From: Macrostomum lignano
Lineage: Eukaryota
Direction: 5' to 3'
DNA length: 64,000 bases
NCBI GenBank assembly: GCA_002269645.1
Contig: NIVC01001133.1
Span: 1-64,000, forward strand
A program made the translations under genes and the position numbers. The first letter of the stretch is position 1, and every line of letters begins with the position of its first letter. Under the pieces are notes generated by a model. It saw only the letters and a program-made list of their open reading frames with translations, was not told where the DNA came from and did no database searches. This document shows positions 50,001 to 62,700 of this stretch, piece after piece.

Positions 50001-53000
50001 GTGGCATTCCTGACACCCTCTGGTGGCATTCCTGACACCCTTCTGGTGGCATTCCTGACACCCTCTGGTGGCATTCCTGACACCCTCTGGTGGCATTCCT
50101 GACACCCTCTGGTGGCATTCCTGACACCCTCTGGTGGCATTCCTGACACCCTCTGGTGGCATTCCTGACACCCTCTGGTGGCATTCCTGACACCCTCTGG
50201 TGGCATTCCTGACACCCTTCTGGTGGCATTTCTGACACCCTCTGGTGGTATTCCTGACACCCTCTGGTGGTATTCCTGACACCCTCTGGTGGTATTCCTG
50301 ACACCCTTCTGGTGGCATTCCTGACACCCTCTGGTGGCATTCCTGACACCCTCTGGTGGCATTCCTGACACCCTCTGGTGGTATTTCTGACATCCTCTAG
50401 TAGCATTTCTGACAACCCTCTCTAGTGGCATTCCTGACAATCCTCTCTGGTGGAATTCCTGACACCCTCTGGTGGCATTCCTGACACCCCTCTCTGATGG
50501 CATTCCTGACATCCCTCTCTGATGGAATTCCTGACAACCCTCTCTGATGGAATTCCTAACATCCCTCTCTGATGGCATTCCTGACAACCCTCTCTGATGG
50601 AATTCCTGACACCCCTCTCTGATGGAATTCCTGACAACCCTCTCTGATGGAATTCCTGACATCCCTCTCTGATGGCATTCCTAACCGCCCTCTCTGATGG
50701 AATTCCTGACAACCCTCTCTGATGGAATTCCTGACAGCCCTCTCTGATGGCATTCCTGACAGCCCTCTCTGATGGAATTCCTGACAACCCTCTCTGATGG
50801 AATTCCTGACATCCCTCTGATGGAATTCCTGACATCCCTTTCTGATAGAATTCCTGACATCCCTCTCTGATGGAATTCCTGACACCCCTCTCTGATGGAA
50901 TTCCTGACACCCCTCTCTGATGGAATTCCTGACACCCCTCTCTGATGGAATTCCTGACACCCCTCTCTGATGGAATTCCTGACAACCCTCTCTGATGGCA
51001 TTCTTGACACCCCTCTCTGATGGCATTCCTAACCGCCCTCTCTGATGGAATTCCTGACAAGCCTCCAGTAGCATTCCTAACATCCAGCCCTGCTATATTT
51101 GAAGTCATTAAAGAACAGAAATTAATCTAATTAAGTACCTTAGAAGCCAGTCCGCTCAGCCGCACAGCCAGTCCAATCTGATTGCCCAGGTACTCCAACA
51201 GGCTTGAAGGAGAGAACAGCAGAAACGCTTCTAGGAAGATTCCCAACCTATGCTGACTGCTGTCGCAAGCGAGCATCTCAGCTTTCACCAGATAGTACAG
51301 GTGGTGACCGATCTGGCGATTGCTGAACGCTTTGCGGAGTAGGTACCTTGGTATCAGGTGGAGTTTGACGAGGATTGTTTTTTTGTGTTTAACAGCATTA
51401 GATACTACTGACTGAGAGTAAATGGACGTATCTGAGGCGTTGCCACAGTAGCTGCAGAATCACTGAGTTGCGCCACTTTTTGAATTAGAGAATCGCATTT
51501 CAAATTTTTATAACAACTCTATTTAGTCTACTTGAGTTAGAAGTTTAAGAGCTAATACAACGACTCTTAGGGCGACTTTTTGCGACTCTCACGATTCTGC
51601 AACTATCGCATTACAGTCGTTTGAGTGGTTAAAAAGTCACAAGAGTGGACCAAGAGTCGCTAGAGTCATAAGCGAGTTATTTCCAATGTCTTCTTTAGCG
51701 ATACTGATTAGTAAGGCGGATCTGTGAAATTACTTGGACGTCTAAGTGTCGTAGGCCGCAGGGTGTCGTAATGTTAAACTATGCCTGGCAGCTATCAAAC
51801 ACTGAGGCACTCAAGGCTAAATACAAGAGCTCAGGTCTCACCTGGCCAGCGCACTGTCGGATAAGCCTCGTACTTCAAGCACTCGACCATCTGCATCAGA
51901 ATCAAGCACAGCATGTCGTCCTCAACAGTCACTTTCTGGTCCACAATTCGAACCCCAATCGAACGGATTCGACTGTCCAAACAGCTGGAGTTGAGCAGCT
52001 GCAGGCCCGCCTCCAGGGCTACCTTGTCCAGTTGCCATTTGTTCAGCAACCTGTACGCTTCATCAACAGCTTCAGCGGAGCGCCAGGGAATCGCCTGACA
52101 GAATTTCACAATCCTCTCTGGATGACAGGTGGCTACTTGATTGCGACATTTCCAAATCAATTTCAAATCCTGATCGGCCGTTTCCACCGCGGCAAGGGCG
52201 TAAGCCAGAGTGGCATCTTCCACTAAGAAGTCGTTTCTAATTTGCTCCGGAGTTGCCGGTCTTTCGCCAGTCTCATTGGCTGAGACGCCATCGAACAGTT
52301 CCGTAGTTGTTGTAGCAATAGAAAAATTGTCAGCATCTGTAGTGGCTGCAGTGGTGCAGCTGAAATAGCTGGCAATGCTATCACTAGATTGGTGCATTGG
52401 TGGTTGCAGAACGGACGACTGGCTCAGGTAGACAGTGTAGGGCATGAATGTTGACCAGTAATGCGTATAGTTGGGCAGCTCAAAGCCCAGAGTGATGTGA
52501 AGCGCAACAGGCGGATTATTAGAGTTGGACTGAGCGCAACCGCTAGGATTGAAAACTCCGCTAGTCTGAAGCAGCTGCTTAGAAGGCGCCCGTTCCACCG
52601 GCCACAGGCCGAAAGAGAATGTGCCCATAGTTAGACGACCGTGACTGTCAAACAAGGGCATGTTGCCCCAGGCTATGGGAGTCTCCGAGTGCTGTGTTCG
52701 TTCAACAACGGCCATTGACAGTCGGGCAGCGCGCGGCAGGTCTCGCCAGGCGATGTCAAACTGTTGATTTCTGCAATCGGCCGCAGCGGAGCCGGGCTGC
52801 AGCGGCAGACAGGCAGTCATGCACATGGAGCAGTCGCTCAGAGTTGGAGCAATGTACAAGTAATAATCCGGCTGGTTGTCTTCATCAATGCCAGGCGAAG
52901 CTGCGGGATCGCCAGTGCCGGCCGAGGCAGCGGCTGCAGCGACTGCGGCTGAGTCCAACAATAAATTAGAATCGAAATTGAATCTGGACAGCGTGACGCT

Positions 53001-55142
53001 GAACTTCAAGGATGGGCTGATACCCATCATGCTGCAGCTTTGGGCGTTGCGACGCGGAGCAATGTAGCTGCGGAATGGGGGATGGAAAATTAGAAAAAAA
53101 TCAAACCCATGACCTTTCTGAGTCACGTCAGCCGGTCGTTCAAATGCTACTTTTTCAGACATTCCCTCTAGTGACTGTTGGTACATATATATATATAGGT
53201 CTGCCACTACAGTATGCTGTGGCTGGCTGTCTTGGTGATTTGGGATCTTGCCCTCCAGCTAAATGCTAGGGTACTGACTGGAAAGAGAGCATCGTACTCA
53301 AGAGCCATCCCCATCGCCCGACTCGCGGGACAAATTACTCAGGGTTAGGATTCTGTGTCCTCGACCACAATGGCCTTGTGCAATGTGCAATCAAAACTGA
53401 CCAACTCTATGAATTCTCAGACTAACCGCTGCAATACTCCGTGTCTCAACTGTTCAAGTACACGAGTTGAGGCGGCGCCAGAAGCGCTGTGCAATTCGTG
53501 AACCTCGCGCGGTTCTAAAATTCGAATCTCCAAATTATTTCGATGATGCGCGATGTGCCGCTGGACAACTTTGTAGGCCCATAGCGGCCTGTTCTCGTAC
53601 ATAAACACCATTCTGCCGCATAGCTTGATCAGCTGGTGATCCGACTCCCTTAAAAGGGTGTCCCTCTCCGGATGTCTACGTAACAGAGCCAAGATGTCGT
53701 CTGCGATTTTTAGTTTGCAATTATTAATTATAGATTTATTAAGATTGATGTTGCTATATGCAACAAGTCGCTTTGATGGTGGTGGTATCGACTGCACATG
53801 ACGATAAAACTAGACTATACATGACGATAAAACTAGACTATACATGACGATAGAACTAGACTATACATGACGATAGAACTAGACTATACATGACGATAAA
53901 ACTAGACTATACATGACGATAGAACTAGACTATACATGACGATAAAACTAGACTATACATGACGATAAAACTAGACTATACATGACGATAAAACTAGACT
54001 ATACATGACGATAAAACTTCAACAGAGAAACATATATGGTTAAGCGCAGATCATTACTCACTAGGCCTGTCGCCTAAACTGACAACAATATCCACAAAGT
54101 TGGAGCGCGACATTCGCGGCTGTTTCAGTCGGCCACCATCCGGCTGCTGCAGACGCCGCACGCTCAGGCACATCATCGACGAGTCGCTCAATGCAGGCGG
54201 TAACTTGTTGCTTAAAGCTACGGGAAAATTGGTTCGAAGCCAGGCAACAAATGAGTCGCGATCTTCAGCCGTCTCAGCTTGCAACTCAGAGTCGACTAAA
54301 CGCCTGACCTGGCTGGCGCAGTGGAACATCTCGATGAGCTCAGGGTCAGATGGAGAGGCGAGGCACAGAGGTTGACGCTGACACAGTGCGGCAGTGAGCT
54401 GCTCAACAATGAGGCGAGACTCCAGATCGCTCGGATTGGCACTACTCAACGACAATGTGACAATGCTGCCTAGAGGATCGGATTCTTGGCCTGTGGAAGT
54501 TCGGGGGTTCAGTTTTGTAATCATTTGTTTTTAGGTTCGTGCACTATATCGCTACGTCTAGGGTGACGTCCACCCACAACCAGTGCTGCTCGTACAAACG
54601 CGCCAATACTGTACGCAGGCACGCACTCATATACAAGGTGAACAGTGGCCCAGACTTTCGAATCATCAAGAGTGTACACCCTGACGTAAGGGGGGGGGGG
54701 TTGGCTGGCTCTCATGGGTTAGGATCACACGACAACCTCCAACCTCTAGACCAATTTTCGTGCGCACAAGTCCCAAACGAATGGGGCTGCCGTAAAAATT
54801 ATAAAACCATGTTTAAAGTTGTCTCCCACCTGCTTTCTCGGTCTGCTGAAAGCGACTAAAACTGCTCAGACGTTGCGATTCCTCAAATTCGGTGACCCGA
54901 CGGAAGTAGCTGTGGTCGAGAAACTCGAAGTAATATTCCTGCCTGGATTTCATCAAGTGAATTAGACCCAGATCGCTTAGCTTTTTCCATACTAGATGCT
55001 TGAGCTGGGCAAAGGTGACGTCTAACGATATCATCAAGTCCAGTAGGTAGGGAAAGTCGTCTTGCTGAATGAGCACAGACAGCGGCTGCGGCTCAGAGTA
55101 CACCTCCGAGTAAGCATAGTCTGAGTTTTCTTCATTCGCCAT
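47073..55142 (-). CDS. Class I phosphoinositide 3-kinase catalytic subunit (p110-like), about 1160 aa, 8 exons, one apparent frameshift
   Basis: Exons 55142-54830, 54490-54062, 53700-53427, 53067-51842, 51346-51139, 49856-49467, 48858-48349 and 47204-47073. Motifs SKMRPL, FKCGDDLRQD, GIGDRH, HIDFGH, KRERVPF and a C-terminal NWLF. One nt is missing near 51860. Confidence 0.92.
47260..48305. repeat. 24-bp minisatellite TTCAGGGACCATTCTTAGATAG(A/G)G filling PI3K intron 7
   Basis: Direct reading. Confidence 0.95.
49060..49380. repeat. Degenerate (CCTAAA/CCCTAA)-like low-complexity tract
   Basis: Direct reading, in PI3K intron 6. Confidence 0.7.
49872..51080. repeat. Compound minisatellite (22-23-bp TTCCTGACACCCTCTGGTGGCA, then 25-bp TTCCTGACAACCCTCTCTGATGGAA) in PI3K intron 5
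   Basis: Direct reading; the unit changes near 50400. Confidence 0.95.
53797..54017. repeat. 23-bp minisatellite CATGACGATAAAACTAGACTATA
   Basis: Direct reading, PI3K intron 2. Confidence 0.95.
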
Positions 55143-56180
55143 GAATGCGAACAGCAAGCACAGAAACAAATAAGCAAGGTTTTGATTCTACTGCTCAAGC
55201 TTATATTTTGTAAATCTTAAGTCCCAACCAATTAAGGTCTAACATTTAATACTCGTTGATCGTTTGAAACTCTAAATAGTCGAATTTTGATATTGGTTAG
55301 GTAAAGCTTTGATACTCGAGTTTGATACTCGAGTAACAAACTTGTTATAAAAATAAATATACCATTTCAACTTCGAAGAGGGTTGAATTGATCTAGGTGC
55401 AAGAAGATCAAAGATTTCTGAGATTCTCGGTACATTGATGAGCCATGTGGAAGAAAAGCCGACTGTGACCGTTAAACAATCAGTCCTCTGATTGACGGGA
55501 CTTGATCAATTACATTGGAGGATGTTACGACGACTTAATGGAGATTGGAAAGAATAGTGGCATGTCAAGAGAACAGATTCCTACACACGATCTGAATGGC
55601 GGCGCGGAGACATTCATTCCCCCCGGAGTGCGATGTATTTTTGTATACGCTGAAGTCACTAAGTTAATTTGTCATGGTTAGATAGAGTAAAATCAAATTC
55701 GTAATCGGTGCAATATTGTTGCATGTTAAATCATGTTAAAAAAAAACGGCAAATCAAGTTAGTTAAGGTGTGTTTGATCGGCATTTTTCATCGCACAAGA
55801 AAGTAGGTAAAATTATCCCCATGTTGTTATTTTTTTATCGTCTAATCATTAAAATAAACCATTATAAAACAAAACAGATAAAAAGTAAAGTGTAAAACAG
55901 ACGTGGTGTATTTATTGAGATAACGAGGGTGACAGTTTCAAACGTTATGAGCAAGGTAAATTTAACATCTAAAAACTAAAAAGTTGCAGGAACAATGCAT
56001 GTCTAACTAAAAAAGCACTATTCACAGCCTTAATTTAGAAAATTCCATTTTGCAGAATTAAATTTTGCCTGATTTCAACAAGTTTACATTAAGTAAAAAA
56101 TATTCAAAAAGACCTTTTATCGTAGTACACACAACAGTTGTTCGTAGAAGTTTTGATTGCAGCTTTTTTGAACAAAAAAA

Positions 56181-56473
56181 GTAATTGATTACACCTGTGC
56201 TGATGGGCAGATGTGCAAACGACAGCTCAGTCGCAGCTATTGCGCGGCGTATCTGAAAGCTGCGTGCGACTGTTCAGTCCAAGGACTGGGGGTCGTCACA
56301 CACCCTTAATTACCGCATCTAATGCCGGTATCTATTTTATAGCTGTGTGAACTAAAGCAATTTAGAGTTCAGTGTCTTGATCAAGAACACAAATTATTCT
56401 ATCTGAGTCGAGAATCGAATCCCAAACCTTTCAGCCATGAGTCTGGCGCTCTAACCAGTGGGCTACAGTCCCC
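56181..56473 (-). mobile_element. SINE family 1, full-length diverged copy
   Basis: Minus-strand head GGGGACTGTAGCCCACTGGTTAGAGCGCC...GATTCGATTC (A/B boxes); same body as the 61148 copy. Confidence 0.8.
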
Positions 56474-56576
56474 TCGTCTCAAGCTACAACCGCTAACTTT
56501 GAACAAAGTCAGCAGAAAAACGCATAGGTGATCGATTTTTTCCAAAAGCTTGTAAAAGCTGTTATTAATCTATCTG

Positions 56577-58534
56577 TCAATCGTTATAACGCGCAAACAA
56601 GGTCAACTGAAGAATAGGTCCAACGCTTAGCGTGGTTAAATCAGACAGAACAGCTTCAGCAGCTGAGAACGATTTCGTCTGAAGCAAATTATGCTTCCGA
56701 AAAGAGAACACGCCAACAGCGAACAATGGCAGAATTGTGAGACTGTCGTAGGCGACAATTCTATCCCAGAGTAGCAGCACCTGTTCCGGCAGCAGTAAAC
56801 CGGAGAAGGCCAGCATCATCCAGCGGAAAGCGATGCGCAACGGTTGAATACCTTCGGAGCGTAGATGATGAAACAGTTCAGGCTCTTGAGTTTGCAGCAA
56901 CGATTCAAATAGGGCGCACAGGCCCAGTATGCTATCTGGTTCGGAGCTGATCACGTGCAACTTGTAGAAGTGGCGAGTGTACAGCTCGCGAAATACCAAG
57001 TAAAGCTCTTTGGGATCCGGATACAGAAAGCACAGCGGACACAGTAGCAGAGCGAATCCGTGGAACGGAATCACACCGGAGGGCGGATAGGCCACAGCGG
57101 CGGATTCGTCTCCAACCCGACCGTTCAAATACGCCTTCGGAGCCGTGGCGCAACAGCGTCGATAAACTCCTACAATAGCTGGATCCCGGCTAAACATCAG
57201 CAATATCATGTGCAGATAGTCTTCAAACACGAAGTACATATCATTGTTGGCGGCAGTCAGTTTGACATCTTTGAAAATAAGCGCGTCAACTAGCAAATCG
57301 TGGTCTAGCACGGCCTGTTTCAGGCCTTGGAGGTATTGTTCGGCGTGTCCGGTGACCGAGACGTCAAAAATTACCGACCAGAGGCGACCACGATAGGACA
57401 GAGGTACACCGCGTTTAGCCAACTCCTGGGCTAGGGGTGCACTGCCAGATTCGAGTACCTGCAAAATTGACAGGCAATTGATGTTGAGCAAAAAAGCCAG
57501 CTGTTAGTGTTGAGCGGGGGAAATTGACCTGCTGGTCCATGGCATTAACGTTGAAAAGACAGCTATGCGTCATAATACTAAAGTAGGCACTTTAATATAA
57601 TAACAATTGCAGTGAGAATATTGCTAACTTATTAGCCCAACCTTGAAACTGCAGTCTTAGACGTTCCGTTTTTTGGTACAATTAGCGCTACTCTGTCTTT
57701 TCAATAGGGCTGAATTTTCATGCTTTAGAATACAGCAATAATGCCAGTGTAGAAAAAGACATGTTTAGTAGCCAGGAAAGACTAGATAAACTACTGCTAC
57801 ATGAGTAGTAACTAACGAACCTTCACAGTGAGCTTTTCCCGTTCAACATCGCCGTCAGGCAGACACTCGTCATCTACGCCAGTCTGCGACAAGCTAATAG
57901 CCAAATCGTGATAGTCCAAACGTAGCTGGTCAATTGTTTTACAGCGCAACGGAGCGTGTATCAGGCCCCAGCGAGTGTCAGTCATCTCTGGCAGAGCGTT
58001 GGGACACCTGACTGCGACCAGCACTTCAAGGAAGTCCTTAGAAGCGTACACGGGTCTAATTGAAGAGACATCTTTCTCTATCACACTAAGCTCATTCCAT
58101 TTCGACACCAGCGCGTTGAAATCTTTCTCCGTTCGACGGCGAGCCAACGGCAAGCCAAGATCTGAGCACATAGTGTTGAGACTTTTGCAAATCCGTTTCT
58201 CCCAATTAGTTTGAGCTCTGCCAAAATGAGCAGCCTCACCAACTGGTGTTAACGACTGCTGCTGCTGCTGAGACAGCGGCTGCTGCTGATACTGACGCTT
58301 GGGCAATTTAGCCGATGCAGCAAACAGCCAGTTGATAACGCTGCGACGACTTTCAGGCGTGTTTAACCGATCTAACAAAGCGTCTTTAGCGGCGGAGAAG
58401 CCGCCACTACTAGAGGCCAAATAGCTGCTGGATGCGCCCGAAGTCAAGTCTTTCTCCACAGCTTCCAATAGGCTAAGATGCAGATCAGAGTCGAAGAAAT
58501 TGCGGCAGAGTTCTTCTAAATCAGCTTTTTCCAT
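56577..58534 (-). CDS. TBC1D19: TBC1 domain family member 19 (Rab-GAP-like), 531 aa, 2 exons
   Basis: Exons 58534-57821 and 57458-56577. WEKRICKSLNTMC, RPVYASKDFLEVL, LIFKDVKLTAANNDMYFVFEDYL and SGVIPFHGF match TBC1D19. Confidence 0.93.
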
Positions 58535-59094
58535 AGTGAGATGAAGCAATTATTGACCTCTTTGGTACACTTAAATTTTGTAGGAGAATTAACATGAACA
58601 TAGCACTGTTATGGAATCGTTTTATCCTTTAGTCTACGTATTATTATATACTACAAAACAAAACAAATCAAGAGAAACTAAGATATCCAATCCAAAATAA
58701 ACTCATCACTGGTTTATTGATTTCACAGCGGCATAACAGATACGCCAAAAAACAACCAACTTATCGAACATAAACCAGGAAATGCTTTTCAAGCGTGAAC
58801 TCCAGCATATTAACTAGAAATTGAAAGTTAATTTAATTTCTCAAATGAAATGCTGCTGGCAAACATTGAGTAGTGAATTTCGGGGTAATCACAACCATCG
58901 CTATTAACGCTATTGAGTTGCGCATCATTTCGTCAGATTTAAGATTTAAGATTTTTTTAGAAAAAGCAAGCTGTTCTCCTTGAATTCTTTTGACAATAAG
59001 ATAAACTATAAAAAGCAAGCCTCAATAGACATTCATCAAGCTCGTAAAAAACGGAACTAGAAGAAGACGTCTGATAATCTGGGAAGCCGGTGGT

Positions 59095-59700
59095 GGCCCA
59101 GCAACTGAGGATCTGGGAGGCTGGCCCAGCAACTGAGGATCTGGGAGGCTGGCCCAGCAACTGAGGATCTGGGAGGCTGGCCCAGCAACTGAGGATCTGG
59201 GAGGCTGGCCCAGCAACTGACACTCTGGGAGGCTGGCCCAGCAACTGAGGATCTGGGAGGCTGGCCCAGCAACTGAGGATCTGGGAGGCTGGCCCAGCAA
59301 CTGAGGATCTGGGAGGCTGGCCCAGCAACTGAGGATCTGAGAGGCTGGTCTAGCAACTGGGGATCTGAGAGGCTGGTCTAGCAACTGGGGATCTGAGAGG
59401 CTGGCCCAGCAACTGAGGATCTGAGAGGCTGGTCTAGCAACTGGGGATCTGAGAGGCTGGCCCAGCAACTGAGGATCTGGGAGGCTGGCCCAGCAACTGA
59501 GGATCTGGGAGGCTGGCCCAGCAACTGAGGATCTGAGAGGCTGGTCTAGAGACTGGGGATCTAAGAGGCTGGCCCAGTAACTGGGGATCTGAGAGGCTGG
59601 CCCAGTAACTGGGGATCTGGGAGGCTGGCCCAGCAACTGGGGATCTGGGAGGCTGGCCCAGCAACTGCGAGGATCTGTGAAGCTGGCCCAGCAACTGACA
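59095..59700. repeat. 28-bp minisatellite GGCCCAGCAACTGAGGATCTGGGAGGCT
   Basis: Period 28; between RRP12 and TBC1D19. Confidence 0.95.
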
Positions 59701-59793
59701 CTCTAAATACATTAATTGACTTTCAATGCTTCTGAGACAATAGGCGATCAACGGTTCCCTTTCAGTCTCAACAGTTTATAAAGCATCCACGAT

Positions 59794-62700
59794 TCATTTT
59801 CTCCTCCTAGCCTTGGCCTTGCGAATTCCTCCGCTGCCACCAGACTTGGAGCTTGATGCGGGCGCTCGGACCAGATTCTTGTACTTGCCAAGACGGGCCA
59901 ACTTGCCAGCAACATTTTTACGGTTCAACAGCCGCCTATCCAACGACAGGTAAGAATAGGGGTCAAGACCGTCCGACTGCGTCTTCTTCTTTTTAATTTT
60001 AGTAGCGCCAGAAGAAGATTTTGCTTGCTTCCGCAATTGCTGCGACTTGTTCGGCTTGCCTCCAGCTGGCTGTTTAGTCATGTCCCGATGAATGCCCCGC
60101 CCGCCCGGCCGGTACTTTGGCTTGGACGCTGAATCGTCTTCATCATCGGATGAGGAGGACACGCCGCCGGAGATGCTGTCTTCGTCATCATTGACAGCGG
60201 CAGTGCCGACCTGCTGTTTCATCTTTCGACTCTGTTTAGCCTTCTCACTGATATCCGCATCATCCGAGTCGCTCTCCTCTATGATCAAACGTCCATCAGA
60301 CGACAATTTGAAATCGTCGCCCAGACGTCGCCGCTTGCTAGCAGCGTCAGCGGCGTCGGCGGATAGCGGCGGTCGGCTCCGATGGATCCTGGCGGCGGCT
60401 AGGGAGTCGCGCAAGTCCAGAATCTCGTCGTCGGCCTCCTCCAACCAGGCGGAATCTGCCGAGCGCTTGCTTCGAGACTTGTTGCCGCTTTTGGCGCTCT
60501 TGCTTCTTCTGCCGTCGCCGTCCTCCGAAGCGGAACTGTCAGACGACATGTTCAACAAGTCGTCGATGCCGCGTACAACTCGAGTAGCTTCGGAGCGTCC
60601 ACCGATGCTGCTGGAGTCTTCGCGGCCAGCGGCTGTTTGTGAGTCTTCGCCGCGTTTGCCGCGCTGCTTCAGGCGCTCCTTGTGCTCGGTTCGTTTGCGC
60701 ACATTGGTCAGCTGTTTGTGATAGAAGGCCGGCAGGCCGGCGCGAAGCGTTTCGTAGGGAAACCCGGCGAGCAGGTCGGTGAGGATGCGGCGGACGGTGG
60801 CTCTGGAATTAGGTCAGGGAGCAAGCAGCTCAACAGTGAGCGTGTGTACGAATGTTTGCCTGCGTACAGTGTTGGGCTACTTGTATGTGCTCAGGGGTCA
60901 AGCGGAATGAGCAGAATTTTTGGGGTCTGTGTGCACCCTGGGGCACTCCACTGACTCCCCGGAGCAGGCACACAAGCGCGCGGATACGTACGCAGGCACA
61001 CACTCACACAGGAGTGTGCAGCGGCCCTAACTCTATTTATCGTTAGGCATGTACACTTCACTGTGCCTTGGGGGGTTGGCCATCAAGGCCGTTCATTGCA
61101 CGAGCAGAGCCGAGCCGAGATTCTAATTTAGCCCCCAAATTAATGTGACTAATTGTAGTCAGAGCGTCGGGCTCATAACTGAAAAGTCGGGAGTTCGATT
61201 CTCGATCCCACTGGAACAATTTGTGTCCTAGAGCAAGACACTTAACTCTGCATTGCTTCAGTTCACCCAGCTGTAAAATGGGTGCCAGCATTAGCTGGGC
61301 TAATTGAGGGTGTGTGTGGCGACCCCCCCCCCTCAGTCCTTGGACTGAACAGCCGTACGCAGCCTTCAGATGCGCCGCGCAATAGCTGCGGCTGAGCTGT
61401 CGGTTGCACATCTGACCCGATTGGGGCAGGTGCAATCAATTATTATATTATTACTATCATTGTTACTACACTTAAAGTCGTTTCTGGGCCGCTGGGACAT
61501 CAGAGCACCGCACTAGGCCACTAGACTACGCCCCCATTGCGATTCGGTGTAGATCTGATATAAAAAATAAGAGCACAAGGACAAACCTGAAAGCCGGTCG
61601 GAGGCTCACTGGCAAAGCCTCCAAGCACTGCGCCACCTGCTCCAGGGTGTAAGCATGACCAAATCTACGAACCACCGACGCTAAACAACGCAGCGCCGCT
61701 TTCACCAGCGTTCTCGGACTGTCCGAAGCGGACATGGTGTCCGACAGGCGTTGCAACAAAGACGCTAACAAAGACCGATTCATACAGTGACGCAGATGAC
61801 TCAGCAGGCCTGTCACCGAGTACAGAGCAGCCTGCAGTGTGGCAGGCTCGTTGCCAGCCGCGGCAAACACCGCAGCCAGAAATCCGATAGCAGCATTGCC
61901 ACCAGCATCATCGTCTTCATCAACATCTGTTCGCACCTGTTGAGCATAGAATCGGAACACCTCCAACAGGAGACTGTCAGCGGCTTCTCTAGCCTGACTG
62001 TTCTGCTCTGTGCTACCCAGTACAGCCTCTGGCAGGGCCAGCTCTGCCAACTGGCGCCTCTGCTCGTCAGTCTCCAACCAGCTGGTTCCATTGGACACGC
62101 ACAGAGCCAGACAGCGTAGCCGGGACTTGCGACTACTTGGCAAGGCTTGGCCTCCAGACGAGGCCAGATCTAATAGCAGCTTGGCTAGACGATGAATATT
62201 GGCTATATTGGACTCGGATGAGATGCCTGAGTTGCTGGGCAGCGACTGGAATGTGTTGGTTGGGACAATACATAATGTAAATTTATGGTATTGACATACT
62301 GCCCATTAACTTATTGTAATTTTACCAAATATCTGACTCAATAGCTGACCTAATATCTGACTCAATATCTGACCCAATATCTGACTCAATATCTGACCCA
62401 ATATCTGACTCAATATCTGACCCAATATCTGACTCAATATCTGACCCAATATCTGACTCAATATCTGACCCAATATCTGACTCAATATCTGACTCAATAT
62501 CTGACCCAATATCTGACTCAATATCTGACTCAATATCTGACTCAATATCTGACCCAATATCTGACTCAATAGCTGACTTAATATCTGACTCAATAGCTGA
62601 CCCAATATCTGACTTAATATCTGACTCAATATCTGACTCAATATCTGACTCAATAGCTGACCCAATATCTGACTCAATATCTGACCCAATATCTGACTCA

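Noticed and set aside
49395-51108. Several 175-348 aa Cys/His-rich ORFs (GCQECHQR)
   Set aside because: Minisatellite translations inside PI3K intron 5; only 49856-49467 is a real exon.
56400-56473. tRNA genes (also 15840-15899, 46025-46050, 61150-61210)
   Set aside because: A/B-box-like heads lack a full cloverleaf. Three continue into SINE bodies; the 46025 one is only an isolated B-box-like word.
60092-60721. 209-aa plus-strand ORF and other antisense ORFs over RRP12, TBC1D19, PI3K and the GPCR
   Set aside because: Antisense shadows of GC-rich coding exons.
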